From a virus (taxonomy: Duplodnaviria > Caudoviricetes), in IMG/VR virus record IMGVR_UViG_3300013121_000023, positions 64,001 to 128,000 of that record: a stretch of DNA of 64,000 bases; one strand, 5' to 3'. Positions 39,201 to 48,554 of this stretch are shown piece after piece. Under the pieces are notes generated by a model that did not search any database, was not told the origin of the DNA, and saw only the letters and a list, made by a program, of their open reading frames with translations. Every line of letters begins with the position of its first letter. Within the stretch, counting starts at the first letter, position 1. The position numbers and the translations under genes were made by a program.

Positions 39201-39810
39201 GGCTGGTGGAAACATGTTCGAGGTTCAAAAGTTCTTCAAGTTCGTGGTCAGGGTGGATTCAGCGGCCTTTAACCTGAACTCCATATTGTTCATCCAGCAG
39301 TTCGCAAAGCGGGTCAAGGCTACCTACACTTACCCCACCTTTGCCGTTCGCAAGGATATAGAAGAAGATCTATTGGAGGTGGACGAAGATACTGCTTTTG
39401 GCGGTACTCTGAGTATAAATACTTCAGTATGTACGTCGCAGGTGTTTAATCAGGCGTACATATTTGACCAGTGGGAACCAGGACCAGACAACAGTGCATA
39501 CAACATCGAAACCGGCATACATACAGTTCCTCAGTTCGATGTTGACGCAGACCCTGGTACGCCTATACCCAGCTTTCCTACAGCTGAAGATACTGCCTGG
39601 GGGTATGACAAAATGTTCATATGCCCAGAAAGTGAAATACTAGGCACAGCCTCTCTGACATCTGGCTCACCTATAACAATCACTTACGACAGTATCTTTG
39701 TGGTAGATGTGCCTGTGTACCAAAACTGTGACCCTGGACTACCAGTCACTTGGAGTTTTGACGACCCACCCCTTTCTGCTGGTACGTGGTGTACTTTCTT
39801 CGTATTGTAA
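36277..39810 (+). CDS. baseplate wedge gp7-like protein with PKD domain
   Basis: PIADAGTD...LDGSKSYDPEGAPLIYKW; PTISNLRIGAQILLGLPF. Confidence 0.65.
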   Translation: MTCTADGYGAGPWGEEPYGGPEPVSGDPLPYTSEFDIFCIGPCAQMEFATLYFGVTVLPGGDNSFVDSISKDQILRSGGSYPDVEAKMTILSEIPSGNTLEWTWKLISRPIDFATPADKYLVVTMDDETGKSYCFYFSDAGIAYSDVLGSASSVIPDSTGLITLNEYWTFRVVVDVSVNKILFFATKTADLPLTGHQLRFILSTFSSPPSVSFDSVTIRALGTVTETAYLKLDSICMGTGSIYPNLRPIADAGTDVGLRMCSIARLDGSKSYDPEGAPLIYKWRLIDAPYDSEFCISGHDGYTLSSISGYVDKFYSDEFNPLVHTIAVGDVLLLNGVAHTIEVISSDIDGYFVQVATVTIPEELSSRPFKVLHQNGIDSPTSIKPVFYPDVVGIFKFDLVVFDGSLYSEPSVTTLFVQSSSVARGVIPDLSLLWDYLSEIWGIVEDREPIETYFSAAFQAAASELLTLWQIDYNNSLTDIQRTFIRKWLSYSLLLEELNPSTTTIRKMYGGVASSLIPATGSNQNGLTVVITSTVHDPITATFVGTNPIVPSDLRDQLLEALQAIDESYEVTLVYKQSTNEYSLRVTSSHVFSVDASSTSTIFSASYSTLISGSSGAYAGDKTYKVEIGLLGLDVVQGDYLYINGDGYKIDRIITDAADSYEYQRIVLLDDISAMSGADWSILPYVKSKTLSFYSEMVVFNDKAKFDVIDASGDLVVYTADVLGATSKSEDVLFFDATAIDQFLSDASYTVQLGKIQRQRYVPIDELITDVPYLQETIKDPGDEHVLRRNVDFYIEDFRDLKCIRFEQDIWEGVEAVPLLWGEYNYLDNRPVIEANFGAAVNFTLDDMRSLGISNLDYLSSVQGLWYAHFKAPTISNLRIGAQILLGLPFAESKSTILEIRNDFSPNTGRILLQDAVNSDVVRSYKYPSLLGLETNPATGVAYAVGDTVEQFAPLVNGVEVDDYVKNPTWFYAYMAGGNMFEVQKFFKFVVRVDSAAFNLNSILFIQQFAKRVKATYTYPTFAVRKDIEEDLLEVDEDTAFGGTLSINTSVCTSQVFNQAYIFDQWEPGPDNSAYNIETGIHTVPQFDVDADPGTPIPSFPTAEDTAWGYDKMFICPESEILGTASLTSGSPITITYDSIFVVDVPVYQNCDPGLPVTWSFDDPPLSAGTWCTFFVL

Positions 39811-39813
39811 GAG

Positions 39814-40506
39814 GTGAAAATGGCCAACAGGCGAACATCCAGAAGCGATCGTGTTGAGGTCCATTCGAACCTCAAGATGCTCATGCGTGAGAGGGGTAAG
39901 ATAGTAAGAGGCTCTAGGCGAGAAGTTCACAACATATGGCTAAATGCAGGTAGGTTGTGGCTCGCTAATCTAGTCGCCTACTCTTCTTACTCTCCCCTTA
40001 CACCGCAAGAAGATAACCGCATCAGATACATAGGTGTTGGTATCGGCGGCAACAAGCAAGACTCAAGCACGGTAAACAATTACCCCATGGGTCCAACTGG
40101 GGCACCATTGCTTGTCCCAAATGGCTACTACCCAGGCACAAATACACAGGATGATACGACTCCATCAGCGACTGCTCTTGAGCGTCCAGTGATGGTGTCA
40201 TCTACAAATCCTTCTGTGCCTTCAACACCTCCGCTATACAGCGACCCTGGCCAGCTGTGGATGAAAGAAGTAGGAGCACCGGCTTCGCATCCCACCAGCT
40301 ACTCGACCAAGTTTGTCGTTGTTTTCACGGAGACAGAGATTTCATACGGGCCTTTTTTGACCGTCCCTATGTCAGAAATAGGTCTCTTCACAAATGCTGT
40401 GGACCCAGCTGTATACAACAACCAACCGTTGGCTTACGATACATTCACGACCATTACCAAGACATCAGCCTTCTCGTTTGAGGTTGAGTGGACTTTGAGG
40501 TTCTGA
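39814..40506 (+). CDS. baseplate / tail-fibre attachment protein
   Basis: HNIWLNAGR, YIGVGIG, SEIGLFT, FTTITKTSAFSFEVEWTLRF. Confidence 0.65.
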   Translation: MKMANRRTSRSDRVEVHSNLKMLMRERGKIVRGSRREVHNIWLNAGRLWLANLVAYSSYSPLTPQEDNRIRYIGVGIGGNKQDSSTVNNYPMGPTGAPLLVPNGYYPGTNTQDDTTPSATALERPVMVSSTNPSVPSTPPLYSDPGQLWMKEVGAPASHPTSYSTKFVVVFTETEISYGPFLTVPMSEIGLFTNAVDPAVYNNQPLAYDTFTTITKTSAFSFEVEWTLRF

Positions 40507-40507
40507 A

Positions 40508-42655
40508 ATGGACTACTTTCACAGACTGACAGAGCCAACGTATTTCGTGTTCAGCGACAACGGTATCGCCATGGAAGGCGGCGAATCCGGTGTCACTTAC
40601 GATTACATCAACGATCCTCCTGGTAACGGAGATCCTGGCGCGTCTGCCCCTGTAAATACAGGAAAGCACGCATCTGGTACCAACCAAGGTTCTTACTTCA
40701 TTGGTTATCAGGACCAAGCGACATCTGCAAATGCCAATAGGCCTGCTTATGCTGTTGCACAGGGTCTAGAGCATATAGATAACATACTGCACGTTGCTCT
40801 GGCGATACCCACGAAGAGCGCGATGTACACGGCTGGTGGCTCTGAAACATCCAGAGCTATCAGTGACCGTATCTATAGAGGTACCGGCGCCATAACGGAT
40901 ATCTACAAGATAGTAGATTCATCCGGTAATGAAATTCTGGTCAACTCTTCTGGTATCAAGTGTCAGGTAACGGCTGTTGCCGCTCTGTCTGGTTCTTTGT
41001 CGGCCGATGGGTTTTACGACGGTGGTGTTACGTTCACCATCTCACCGGCAGTACCTAATGGTACGAACTACCACATACTGTACGGAGCTAGAAGTAATCT
41101 AGCCAGAGTATCGCCAGATATGTTCATCAGGTTCCTGGTTGAATCTAGGATGAACATAAGCGAGGTCATAGAGCAGCGCTTCAGGGCTCTCCATGGCGTA
41201 AGCCCGTTTGACGCTTCTCAGTTTGCCTGGGATGATACATGGAAGAGCACCATTGCAGACCTGGCCTTTGGCGGTCTCAATGACAGATACGGCCGCACTA
41301 CTGTATCCAATTCAGGTAAACCGGAAACCTGGATGAACCCGAATTACGATGACAGTAATATAGGGTCTGGCCATTTCATCGAGAGAACCGGCCCTGCTCT
41401 AAGTGTGTATACGTCTATAGGCGATTTGGACGGCGGCACACACTCTTATACAGACCCGTTCAATGCTTTGTTCAGGTCTATATTCTGGACTGGTAAGGGC
41501 GTCGGTACAACATCCGTATTGGGCGATGTTGGCTTCTTGGTCAACGGCGGTCGTAGAAGGTCTAATGACGAAACAGAGGACTACAATGCTCCTGGCCTTG
41601 CCAGCTTCTTGGCCGTTGAATCAAAGTCTGTAGCAAACGGTACATCGGCAGCAGACTTCTATACAAGGCTGAAGGGCGACGCTAACGCTACTATCTCAGA
41701 GGTGTCTGGCGAGCTTGAGGTAACTCTCACGGACGCTGACGCTGAGTTCTACGATACCGGTACCACAAAGACCAGCATCGCTGTAGGTCACGACCTGCTT
41801 GAGATAAGAGGCGTGTGGAATGACATAGCAATGCCGAATATAGATATACCGGCAGTGTTTGTTATTTCAGAGCTGGTCGTTGGAAACAACAAGAAGTGCA
41901 AGGTAAGGCAGCTGTCCGGCAAGCCTGTCACTGACTTCGTATCCAGCGCTGTATCTGTAAAGGTTCGTTGGCACGCCCCCTATTTCTCTGTTGGTGACGG
42001 TGGCCCTGAGTACTATGAAAAGATAAATGGTACTGGCACATCGAAGATAAACCTGAAGGGGTTTTTCTATTCGAGGGGTTCTTTGCTGTCGGCTACGTCT
42101 GGTAACAGAGTAAGCCCAGACCCAGCCAGGTTCTTCGCTCAAGACTCTTCTTCCACGGCTCTTGAGTGGGGTTACCATGTAAATGATGTGACCACAGCCA
42201 CCAGCGCCAAGTACACACCTAAAGGGTATCTGTACGGCGACGGCAGCATACAGACCACAAAGGTCAAGTCGAGCATATACGGTACAAATGCGTACGGCGG
42301 TGCTCTCATATCTCTGAGCGGTAGCCAGACGCTCAACATATCTGATTTGAACACGAATGCTTTTGCCATCGTGTTCGGACAGGCTGGAGCTGCGGTTACC
42401 TTCACCACAATATCTCTGCCTATATCGTCCATGACCCCAGGCGATAGGTTCGATATTTTCTTTGTGGCTGATGGCAGCACACCTATGCAGATAAGCAGCA
42501 CAACTACTACATGGCCTTCTGACTGCATGTTTGAGAACAGCGCAGACAGACTGCTCAGCAATGACACCAGTGTTATAGACCACTACTCTGGTGTTGTGGT
42601 TGTTGACTCTTCTCTAAATAACGTAGCTCTCATGACCGTTCGTAGGTACTACTGA
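40508..42655 (+). CDS. tail fibre protein
   Basis: 715 aa; ATSANANRP motif; beta-rich. Confidence 0.55.
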   Translation: MDYFHRLTEPTYFVFSDNGIAMEGGESGVTYDYINDPPGNGDPGASAPVNTGKHASGTNQGSYFIGYQDQATSANANRPAYAVAQGLEHIDNILHVALAIPTKSAMYTAGGSETSRAISDRIYRGTGAITDIYKIVDSSGNEILVNSSGIKCQVTAVAALSGSLSADGFYDGGVTFTISPAVPNGTNYHILYGARSNLARVSPDMFIRFLVESRMNISEVIEQRFRALHGVSPFDASQFAWDDTWKSTIADLAFGGLNDRYGRTTVSNSGKPETWMNPNYDDSNIGSGHFIERTGPALSVYTSIGDLDGGTHSYTDPFNALFRSIFWTGKGVGTTSVLGDVGFLVNGGRRRSNDETEDYNAPGLASFLAVESKSVANGTSAADFYTRLKGDANATISEVSGELEVTLTDADAEFYDTGTTKTSIAVGHDLLEIRGVWNDIAMPNIDIPAVFVISELVVGNNKKCKVRQLSGKPVTDFVSSAVSVKVRWHAPYFSVGDGGPEYYEKINGTGTSKINLKGFFYSRGSLLSATSGNRVSPDPARFFAQDSSSTALEWGYHVNDVTTATSAKYTPKGYLYGDGSIQTTKVKSSIYGTNAYGGALISLSGSQTLNISDLNTNAFAIVFGQAGAAVTFTTISLPISSMTPGDRFDIFFVADGSTPMQISSTTTTWPSDCMFENSADRLLSNDTSVIDHYSGVVVVDSSLNNVALMTVRRYY

Positions 42656-42663
42656 GGTAAGCC

Positions 42664-43335
42664 ATGACGATTCAACAGAGACAGAGGCCTGCTTCAAACC
42701 TGGAGCGGACGCTAGCCTACAACAACAACACGACCATAGTTGGTACTGGAAAGACCGTGGCTTTTGAGCCATCTGGTCCTACAGCCTGGCTAGATACGAG
42801 CTTCAGGTGGGTACTGGTTCTAGATGCTCCTGCCATAGCAGCCGGTAACTTCGCTGACTTCTCTGCTGTGTATCCAGGTCATACAGCAGTGGATGGCGGT
42901 GAAAACCTACTTGAGTTGATTCACATAGGCTCACCTGCCTTCCCTACAGCCGGCCCATCATCGAAGCCATTTTCTATAACAAATTATATCGAAGACATCA
43001 TGGTGTTTGCGGGCAGTGATTATGCAAGTACTCCTGCTTATGGCAACACCACACTAGCGTTCAACTTCTACTTGAACAGAAGCAACGCCATAAATAAGAC
43101 AGGTGGTCTCATATATAGCAAGACCGTTCAGGGAGGCATCACATTCCCTAACGGAACTACTGATAACTACGAAATACAGACTACAAAGGATACGACAGCA
43201 GGTAGAAGGTTTGTCATGAGTGGTGGTACTTCATCTACGACCGCAAACAGGCTAACCATGTCTATCGAGAACACTGGTGCAAATAGCATGATTGCTGGTG
43301 ACATCGTGGTAGTTGTAAAGGGCTTCAGGGTGTAA
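42664..43335 (+). CDS. virion structural protein
   Basis: Beta-rich; GAGGT RBS. Confidence 0.55.
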   Translation: MTIQQRQRPASNLERTLAYNNNTTIVGTGKTVAFEPSGPTAWLDTSFRWVLVLDAPAIAAGNFADFSAVYPGHTAVDGGENLLELIHIGSPAFPTAGPSSKPFSITNYIEDIMVFAGSDYASTPAYGNTTLAFNFYLNRSNAINKTGGLIYSKTVQGGITFPNGTTDNYEIQTTKDTTAGRRFVMSGGTSSTTANRLTMSIENTGANSMIAGDIVVVVKGFRV

Positions 43336-43337
43336 TC

Positions 43338-43727
43338 ATGGATGACGCATTCAAACTGGTAATTGACGTATTTGGGTGGTCTACCATCCTGTATGCCCTG
43401 TTTATACACTTCGTGGTCCTTTGCTTTAGACGGACTGCTGAAGCCATCAAGCCATCCCTGACCAGCAACAAGACGTGGCGCGGCCTTGTGCTGCACTCAG
43501 CTCCCCCTGTATTCGGCGTTCTGGGGGCCATCGTACCGGCCAACTACCCATTCCCAGGTGTCGTGGCCAGCAGCATGTACGCAAGGGTCATGTTCGGCGT
43601 TGTGCTCGGTACCTTGAGCGGCGTTGTGTACAAGCTACTCAAAAGCAAGTTCATGCCGGCAGACGACACGAAGTCAAAGGATGATGTGCCTCCTGTGACA
43701 ATAGATAAGTTACGTATGCGTGTGTAA
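43338..43727 (+). CDS. putative holin
   Basis: Three hydrophobic segments, charged C-terminus, at the end of the structural operon. Confidence 0.6.
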   Translation: MDDAFKLVIDVFGWSTILYALFIHFVVLCFRRTAEAIKPSLTSNKTWRGLVLHSAPPVFGVLGAIVPANYPFPGVVASSMYARVMFGVVLGTLSGVVYKLLKSKFMPADDTKSKDDVPPVTIDKLRMRV

Positions 43728-43733
43728 ATAGAG

Positions 43734-43767
43734 AAGCACCTGGAGTACTCCGGGTGCTTTTTCTTTT
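43734..43767 (+). terminator. intrinsic terminator
   Basis: AAGCACCTGGA-GTAC-TCCGGGTGCTT-TTTCTTTT. Confidence 0.7.
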
Positions 43768-43778
43768 GGAGGATTCAA

Positions 43779-44141
43779 ATGCTGGAAGACAAGAACATGT
43801 ACTGGGTTTTTATCATTGGCGTATTTGTGCTTCTATCCACCGTTTTGGGTATAGGCATAGCCTTCCTCAAGTCTTTCTTGGGTGATGGCCATGGCGTGGA
43901 TAAAGAGCTGGAAGACAAAAAGAAAGAGATAGACACAAAGATAGACGAAGAAATCAATGTGATCGACGAAACACAAGAGGAGAAGATAAAGGAAATCATA
44001 GAATCACATGATGTAGCCGTTCAAGAAGTCATTGATGAGCAGCAAAAGAAAGAGGAGATGCCCCCAGATGAACTTACTGCCAAGCTATTGGACATAGGTA
44101 GCAAGGTAAGGCAGTTACAGCATATTGGCGCACTGCTTTAG
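43779..44141 (+). CDS. N-terminally anchored acidic coiled-coil protein (i-spanin-like)
   Basis: One TM helix then an Glu/Lys/Asp-rich helix; next to the holin. Confidence 0.4.
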   Translation: MLEDKNMYWVFIIGVFVLLSTVLGIGIAFLKSFLGDGHGVDKELEDKKKEIDTKIDEEINVIDETQEEKIKEIIESHDVAVQEVIDEQQKKEEMPPDELTAKLLDIGSKVRQLQHIGALL

Positions 44142-44197
44142 CGGTGCGCCAAAACTGTCATAAGAAAAAAGATAGTACACGTTTGAGGTGAGCAATC

Positions 44198-44668
44198 ATG
44201 TCGGTTTTCAAAAGAGATCTAAAACGTAAGCTTAAATGGAAGTATATAAAACGTCTTGTGCATCGAGAGTACAATCCCGAAATGCTAAACGCACTATATG
44301 ACATGCTCATATTCGAAATGGTTAATACGTATGAATCACATAACTCTCATTCTATTATGGTGAGTTTTTATGCGCTATGGTTGAGAGCAATTTTGACCCA
44401 CCCAGCCTTTGGTGTGTGGTACCAAGAATTTGGTATTAGAGTTGTTTGCTCAACTTGGTCAAGCAAAGTACGAATACACGTATCAAAGAACGAGATATAT
44501 CTGTACCTCGCGTATCGAGGTACTATGAAGGCATTGCGCAAATACGCACCAGAATACGTGCTTGGTGACATAAGAAAACTGATAAATGCTGGGCCGCCGG
44601 CTATATTTTATGACACAATAAAAGCAAAAAACTTTCGTAGGTATCTTTTGTTCGCCAAAGAAAAATAA
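44198..44668 (+). CDS. hypothetical protein, paralog family A
   Basis: LWLRAILTHPAF..WY; YAPEYV. Confidence 0.6.
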   Translation: MSVFKRDLKRKLKWKYIKRLVHREYNPEMLNALYDMLIFEMVNTYESHNSHSIMVSFYALWLRAILTHPAFGVWYQEFGIRVVCSTWSSKVRIHVSKNEIYLYLAYRGTMKALRKYAPEYVLGDIRKLINAGPPAIFYDTIKAKNFRRYLLFAKEK

Positions 44669-44704
44669 TGTGATGAGATTTTACAAGAAAGCCGATGTAT
44701 ATAC

Positions 44705-45253
44705 ATGTCTCTAAAAATATGTGTTACCGCCACCTTTCGCAATTACCCGCAGCGCCTAGTGCGCCAATCTTACCTAAGACTAAAATGGAAGTGCGTGAAG
44801 AGGTACGTTCACAGTATAGAAGAGTTGTCAGACTTGGTATATATTTACGGTGTATTGAGGGGTAACCTAATAACCGAACATAGGTATCTACGTATAGTTA
44901 AAAGGAAGAATGATGTATATGACTTGAGAGGCTCGTTGATAGCTTTCGACATTCTATGGATGAGAGCTGTGCTAACTCATCCGTACTTTCGTATCTGGTA
45001 CGCACAAAGAGGAATATATGTGATGGGTAGTGATACACACAGAAACAAAAATACAGACTTTTTGGTACGCATAGCGGTTATGCCTAATCTAGAAAAGACG
45101 ATAAAGAGGTATGCTCCAGAATATGTAAATGATGATCTTCTAACAGGAGATTTTTACGGGCAGTATAAAAAGATAACGAGAAGAGTACCATGGTACTTTC
45201 ATACATGCGTGATTATGAAGGATGGCACATTCACTTTTCTCACAAATGAATAA
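44705..45253 (+). CDS. hypothetical protein, paralog family A
   Basis: LWMRAVLTHPYF..WY; YAPEYV. Confidence 0.6.
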   Translation: MSLKICVTATFRNYPQRLVRQSYLRLKWKCVKRYVHSIEELSDLVYIYGVLRGNLITEHRYLRIVKRKNDVYDLRGSLIAFDILWMRAVLTHPYFRIWYAQRGIYVMGSDTHRNKNTDFLVRIAVMPNLEKTIKRYAPEYVNDDLLTGDFYGQYKKITRRVPWYFHTCVIMKDGTFTFLTNE

Positions 45254-45818
45254 TAAAAAGCAAGCACTAAGAGAACTATGCAGAATAGCCAATTCAGTAG
45301 AAACTAGACAGGACGTAATGGATCTGTTTTTTACTTTCGAAAACTTGTTTTGGGACGAGTACAACGTAGACGAAGCTAGAGAGCCCATACCGCCCATACA
45401 TAAGTGGAGTCAGGCCAGCCTACAAAGTACGTGTATGCTTATTGATGCTGAAGTTGAGCTTATGCGTGCCCTATTTTCGAATCCAATGTTCCCTTTTATT
45501 TATATGAACGACCCAGATCCATGTTACCTCCTTTTGCATATGGACAAAAGGCGTGACTTTGTTTTTATGAACTTCGGTCAGAGGTCTTCTATCCTTTTTG
45601 GTGCGCTAGTTTCTAATTCCATGCACGCTAATATACGGCATATGACTACCACCGGTTTGAAATATAGATTGAAACACGAACTTGAGATAACTCAGATTAT
45701 AGCGTTTTTGGAGGTCAGTAACGCACCACCATACGTACTCGATGTGGTTTACGAAAACGCAGCTTTTATGAAAAGTCTATACGATCTACAGGAAGCACAG
45801 ATTAGCTGGTGCGAGTAG
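45222..45818 (+). CDS. hypothetical protein, paralog family A
   Basis: CMLIDAEVELMRALFSNPMFPFIY; FLEVSNAPPYV. Confidence 0.6.
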   Translation: MAHSLFSQMNNKKQALRELCRIANSVETRQDVMDLFFTFENLFWDEYNVDEAREPIPPIHKWSQASLQSTCMLIDAEVELMRALFSNPMFPFIYMNDPDPCYLLLHMDKRRDFVFMNFGQRSSILFGALVSNSMHANIRHMTTTGLKYRLKHELEITQIIAFLEVSNAPPYVLDVVYENAAFMKSLYDLQEAQISWCE

Positions 45819-46366
45819 GCATGATTAATCTGAATGATACTATAAAGACAAAGCTGGTAGGAATATTCATAAAGGCCGGTTTGGCAGAAAGTAGAGCTGA
45901 CATACAACAGGTGTTCGAAGATTTCGAAGAGGTACTCATCGATTACTATAGTTCTGTTTTTCGCTTCAATGGAGAGTCTGCAAAAGTGGTAACCACGGCC
46001 AGAGATATGTGTATGCTTATTGACGCAGAAGTTGATTTGATGAGAACTATATTCTCTAATCCTGCATTTCCTTTTATTTATATAAACTATCCAGACCCAT
46101 GGTTCCAATTTATCTATATGGACAAACTACGAGATTTCGTAAGCATAAGTAGGCATTCTCCTAGAATATGTATTCTGTCGGAGAGTTCTCCGATTCATAC
46201 TTATCATGACTATAAGGACGCTTACGATGAGGTTGTTCGTACAGTAGCATTTCTTGAGGTTAGTAACGCGCCTGACTACATAATGGAGGTAGCTTACAGA
46301 AATACACACCTATTTCTAGAGTCCGATAAGGGCGTAAAAACTGGTAAGAAAGGTAAAATATTGTGA
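45809..46366 (+). CDS. hypothetical protein, paralog family A
   Basis: CMLIDAEVDLMRTIFSNPAFPFIY; FLEVSNAPDYI. Confidence 0.6.
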   Translation: MRVGMINLNDTIKTKLVGIFIKAGLAESRADIQQVFEDFEEVLIDYYSSVFRFNGESAKVVTTARDMCMLIDAEVDLMRTIFSNPAFPFIYINYPDPWFQFIYMDKLRDFVSISRHSPRICILSESSPIHTYHDYKDAYDEVVRTVAFLEVSNAPDYIMEVAYRNTHLFLESDKGVKTGKKGKIL

Positions 46367-46794
46367 ACATAGTAGCGTTTATTGTGGGCGACACACTAGT
46401 AATAGTTTCAGAAGGTGGGGATCTTTTCAGGGTTGACATGTGTAGCGCTCCTATTAGACAACGTATAGACCAGGTTGATAGCTTGGACGAGTTCGCATCG
46501 ATTATTTATGCAAACTCATTTGAGGCTGCGCCGAGTGCAAACGAGTCAATAGAGCTTATACGGTCTGCCGTGAACAATCCATGTCTACCTATGTGGTTTG
46601 TACAAGATCCTTTTGTGGTGTACGTACTACTGTGCCTGCCTTCGATTACGTGTTTCAATAAGGAGATTATTAAGTCGATAATGATGAATCAGGTAATCAA
46701 CATAACTCCATCTATTATAAGTATACTTCCAGAGTATATACAAATGTACATAATAGATCTAATGCGTACATCTATGCGCCTAAAAGAGGCATAA
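46363..46794 (+). CDS. hypothetical protein, paralog family A (divergent)
   Basis: IRSAVNNPCLPMWF; LPEYI. Confidence 0.55.
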   Translation: MNIVAFIVGDTLVIVSEGGDLFRVDMCSAPIRQRIDQVDSLDEFASIIYANSFEAAPSANESIELIRSAVNNPCLPMWFVQDPFVVYVLLCLPSITCFNKEIIKSIMMNQVINITPSIISILPEYIQMYIIDLMRTSMRLKEA

Positions 46795-46799
46795 GAACC

Positions 46800-47276
46800 A
46801 TGAATAAAACCGTACTAGAAAGAGCAATGCAGATTCTGGGCAATGCAGATGGTACTGATTTCGTAAGCAGGGTTAATGAAGCGTGTGATTTCATTGCGGA
46901 GAACATTACGGTAGCAACCGACATGTACACTATGGTACATGTATGTACTACGTGTGCATATATCGCTGGCACAATGAAGGTAGGCTACGGTAGCGATACT
47001 TTGGTACGCCTTATACGTAGGGAGTTTCTTAGAGGACTATACAGGATGCCTCAGTTTCCTATATGGTTTCTCGAAGACGAGAAGCTCTGCCTATCTTTCA
47101 TAACTCACATATGTGGGTGTAACTCTGAAGCAGACCACATTGTATCGTTGCTGTGCCTAGATAGAATTGGGGAACGTCCTGTATTTTTGGAAGTGGAGGC
47201 ACCGATTTACGTTAAGGAGTACGTCATAAAAAGAGCATCCATATACGGCTATGATGGGTGCCATATGAACGTTTAG
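46800..47276 (+). CDS. hypothetical protein, paralog family A (divergent)
   Basis: LRGLYRMPQFPIWF; FLEVEAPIYV. Confidence 0.55.
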   Translation: MNKTVLERAMQILGNADGTDFVSRVNEACDFIAENITVATDMYTMVHVCTTCAYIAGTMKVGYGSDTLVRLIRREFLRGLYRMPQFPIWFLEDEKLCLSFITHICGCNSEADHIVSLLCLDRIGERPVFLEVEAPIYVKEYVIKRASIYGYDGCHMNV

Positions 47277-47285
47277 GAGAACGCT

Positions 47286-47825
47286 ATGGATGTCACGTTT
47301 CATGCATACAAGTTCGGTAGAGAGATACGACAGCTGAAAGAACTCAGCGAAGAAGAAGAGCTTGCCTTTCTACAATCCTCGTTGAAAAACATCAAAGACA
47401 AAATTATAGAAGAGATAGAAAAAGCAACAGATGGTGATAATGCAGTGTTTATTGTAAAATATATGCTTAATGTTTCTCGAATGGCCGTTAATGAGATACG
47501 CCTAAAGTACTTTGATGTCAATCATCCATATAAAAACGCTGTTGCACGTATGGTGCATGAATACACATACGACATAGTAACAAAAGTAGTCACTGATCCA
47601 ACAATTGTTGTTTTGTGCCAAATCCATAACAATGACAGACGAGATATTGTATGGGAAATTACGCTTACTATAGTAAATGCTGGATCTAGCGTAAATGACG
47701 AGTATAGACGTGTTCGTATAGCAGACGTACCCACAAGAACATTGAGGACATACGAACGGGCCTTGTTTAACATACCGGATTGGTTTTTAGTCGTATTGGA
47801 AAAAATATTGCGTATTGGCGCATAA
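47286..47825 (+). CDS. hypothetical protein
   Basis: AGGAG RBS; weak family-A similarity. Confidence 0.55.
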   Translation: MDVTFHAYKFGREIRQLKELSEEEELAFLQSSLKNIKDKIIEEIEKATDGDNAVFIVKYMLNVSRMAVNEIRLKYFDVNHPYKNAVARMVHEYTYDIVTKVVTDPTIVVLCQIHNNDRRDIVWEITLTIVNAGSSVNDEYRRVRIADVPTRTLRTYERALFNIPDWFLVVLEKILRIGA

Positions 47826-47864
47826 GAGGTTTGGCAGTTACTTTGGGCGTCCAAATGGCCGCCC

Positions 47865-48326
47865 ATGTTTCATCAAAAGGAGTTAGTTATGGGTTTTTAT
47901 GGACGTGGAGATGAAGGTCAGATGGTGGTTAGCGTAACAAAGGATTTTCTTATACAGAAGCTCACTGATAACAAAGAAAACCATATTAAAGAGTACAAAA
48001 AAGCAATAGCTAGTTACCAAGCTAGGGTAGCTAAGGAACTGGCTGCCGTGCTTGCCAAATTGCAGGCCGGTAAACCCATACCGGAAAGCTGGACGTATAA
48101 GCGCCCAGTATCACACGAGCGCGAGTACGCGCTTGCAATAGACATGTTGAGAGCATCGGTAGATACGACGCTCAAAATAACCGGTTCGATGTACGATATG
48201 TACGTCAATGACCGGTGGGACTGGAAATCCACGTTCGACGTAGTAAATGCTACGTATAATGATGGAGACGCCAACTCCGACGCAGGCGCCAACTCCGACG
48301 CAGGCGAGACCATGGTGCGTTCGTGA
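47865..48326 (+). CDS. phage hypothetical protein
   Basis: NKENHIKEY...PVSHEREYALAIDML...YVNDRWDW; start probably ~47889. Confidence 0.6.
   Translation: MFHQKELVMGFYGRGDEGQMVVSVTKDFLIQKLTDNKENHIKEYKKAIASYQARVAKELAAVLAKLQAGKPIPESWTYKRPVSHEREYALAIDMLRASVDTTLKITGSMYDMYVNDRWDWKSTFDVVNATYNDGDANSDAGANSDAGETMVRS
48270..48306 (+). repeat. 18-bp tandem duplication
   Basis: GCCAACTCCGACGCAGGC x2 (ANSDAG x2). Confidence 0.8.
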
Positions 48327-48331
48327 TTTGT

Positions 48332-48537
48332 GAGACGCCAAGTCTCCATGTCGGAAAACGAGGGATGTGGGCCACAGTTGACCCACAAATCCCAAAGGTG
48401 TCTGTGATGGCTTCGGCCAGAGTGATGGTCGCCGATTGACATCCGTCCATCGGCGATAGATACTGAGGGCCATGTACCACTAGCTGCACCTTGGTCGTGG
48501 CCCTCCTTGTTTCCGGTTCCATCAACCGTTTTTTTTT
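48332..48537 (+). ncRNA. structured intergenic RNA candidate with terminator
   Basis: Multiple nested helices, UUCG tetraloop, closing hairpin plus T9. Confidence 0.5.
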
Positions 48538-48554
48538 CGTTCAAGGAGGATGTG

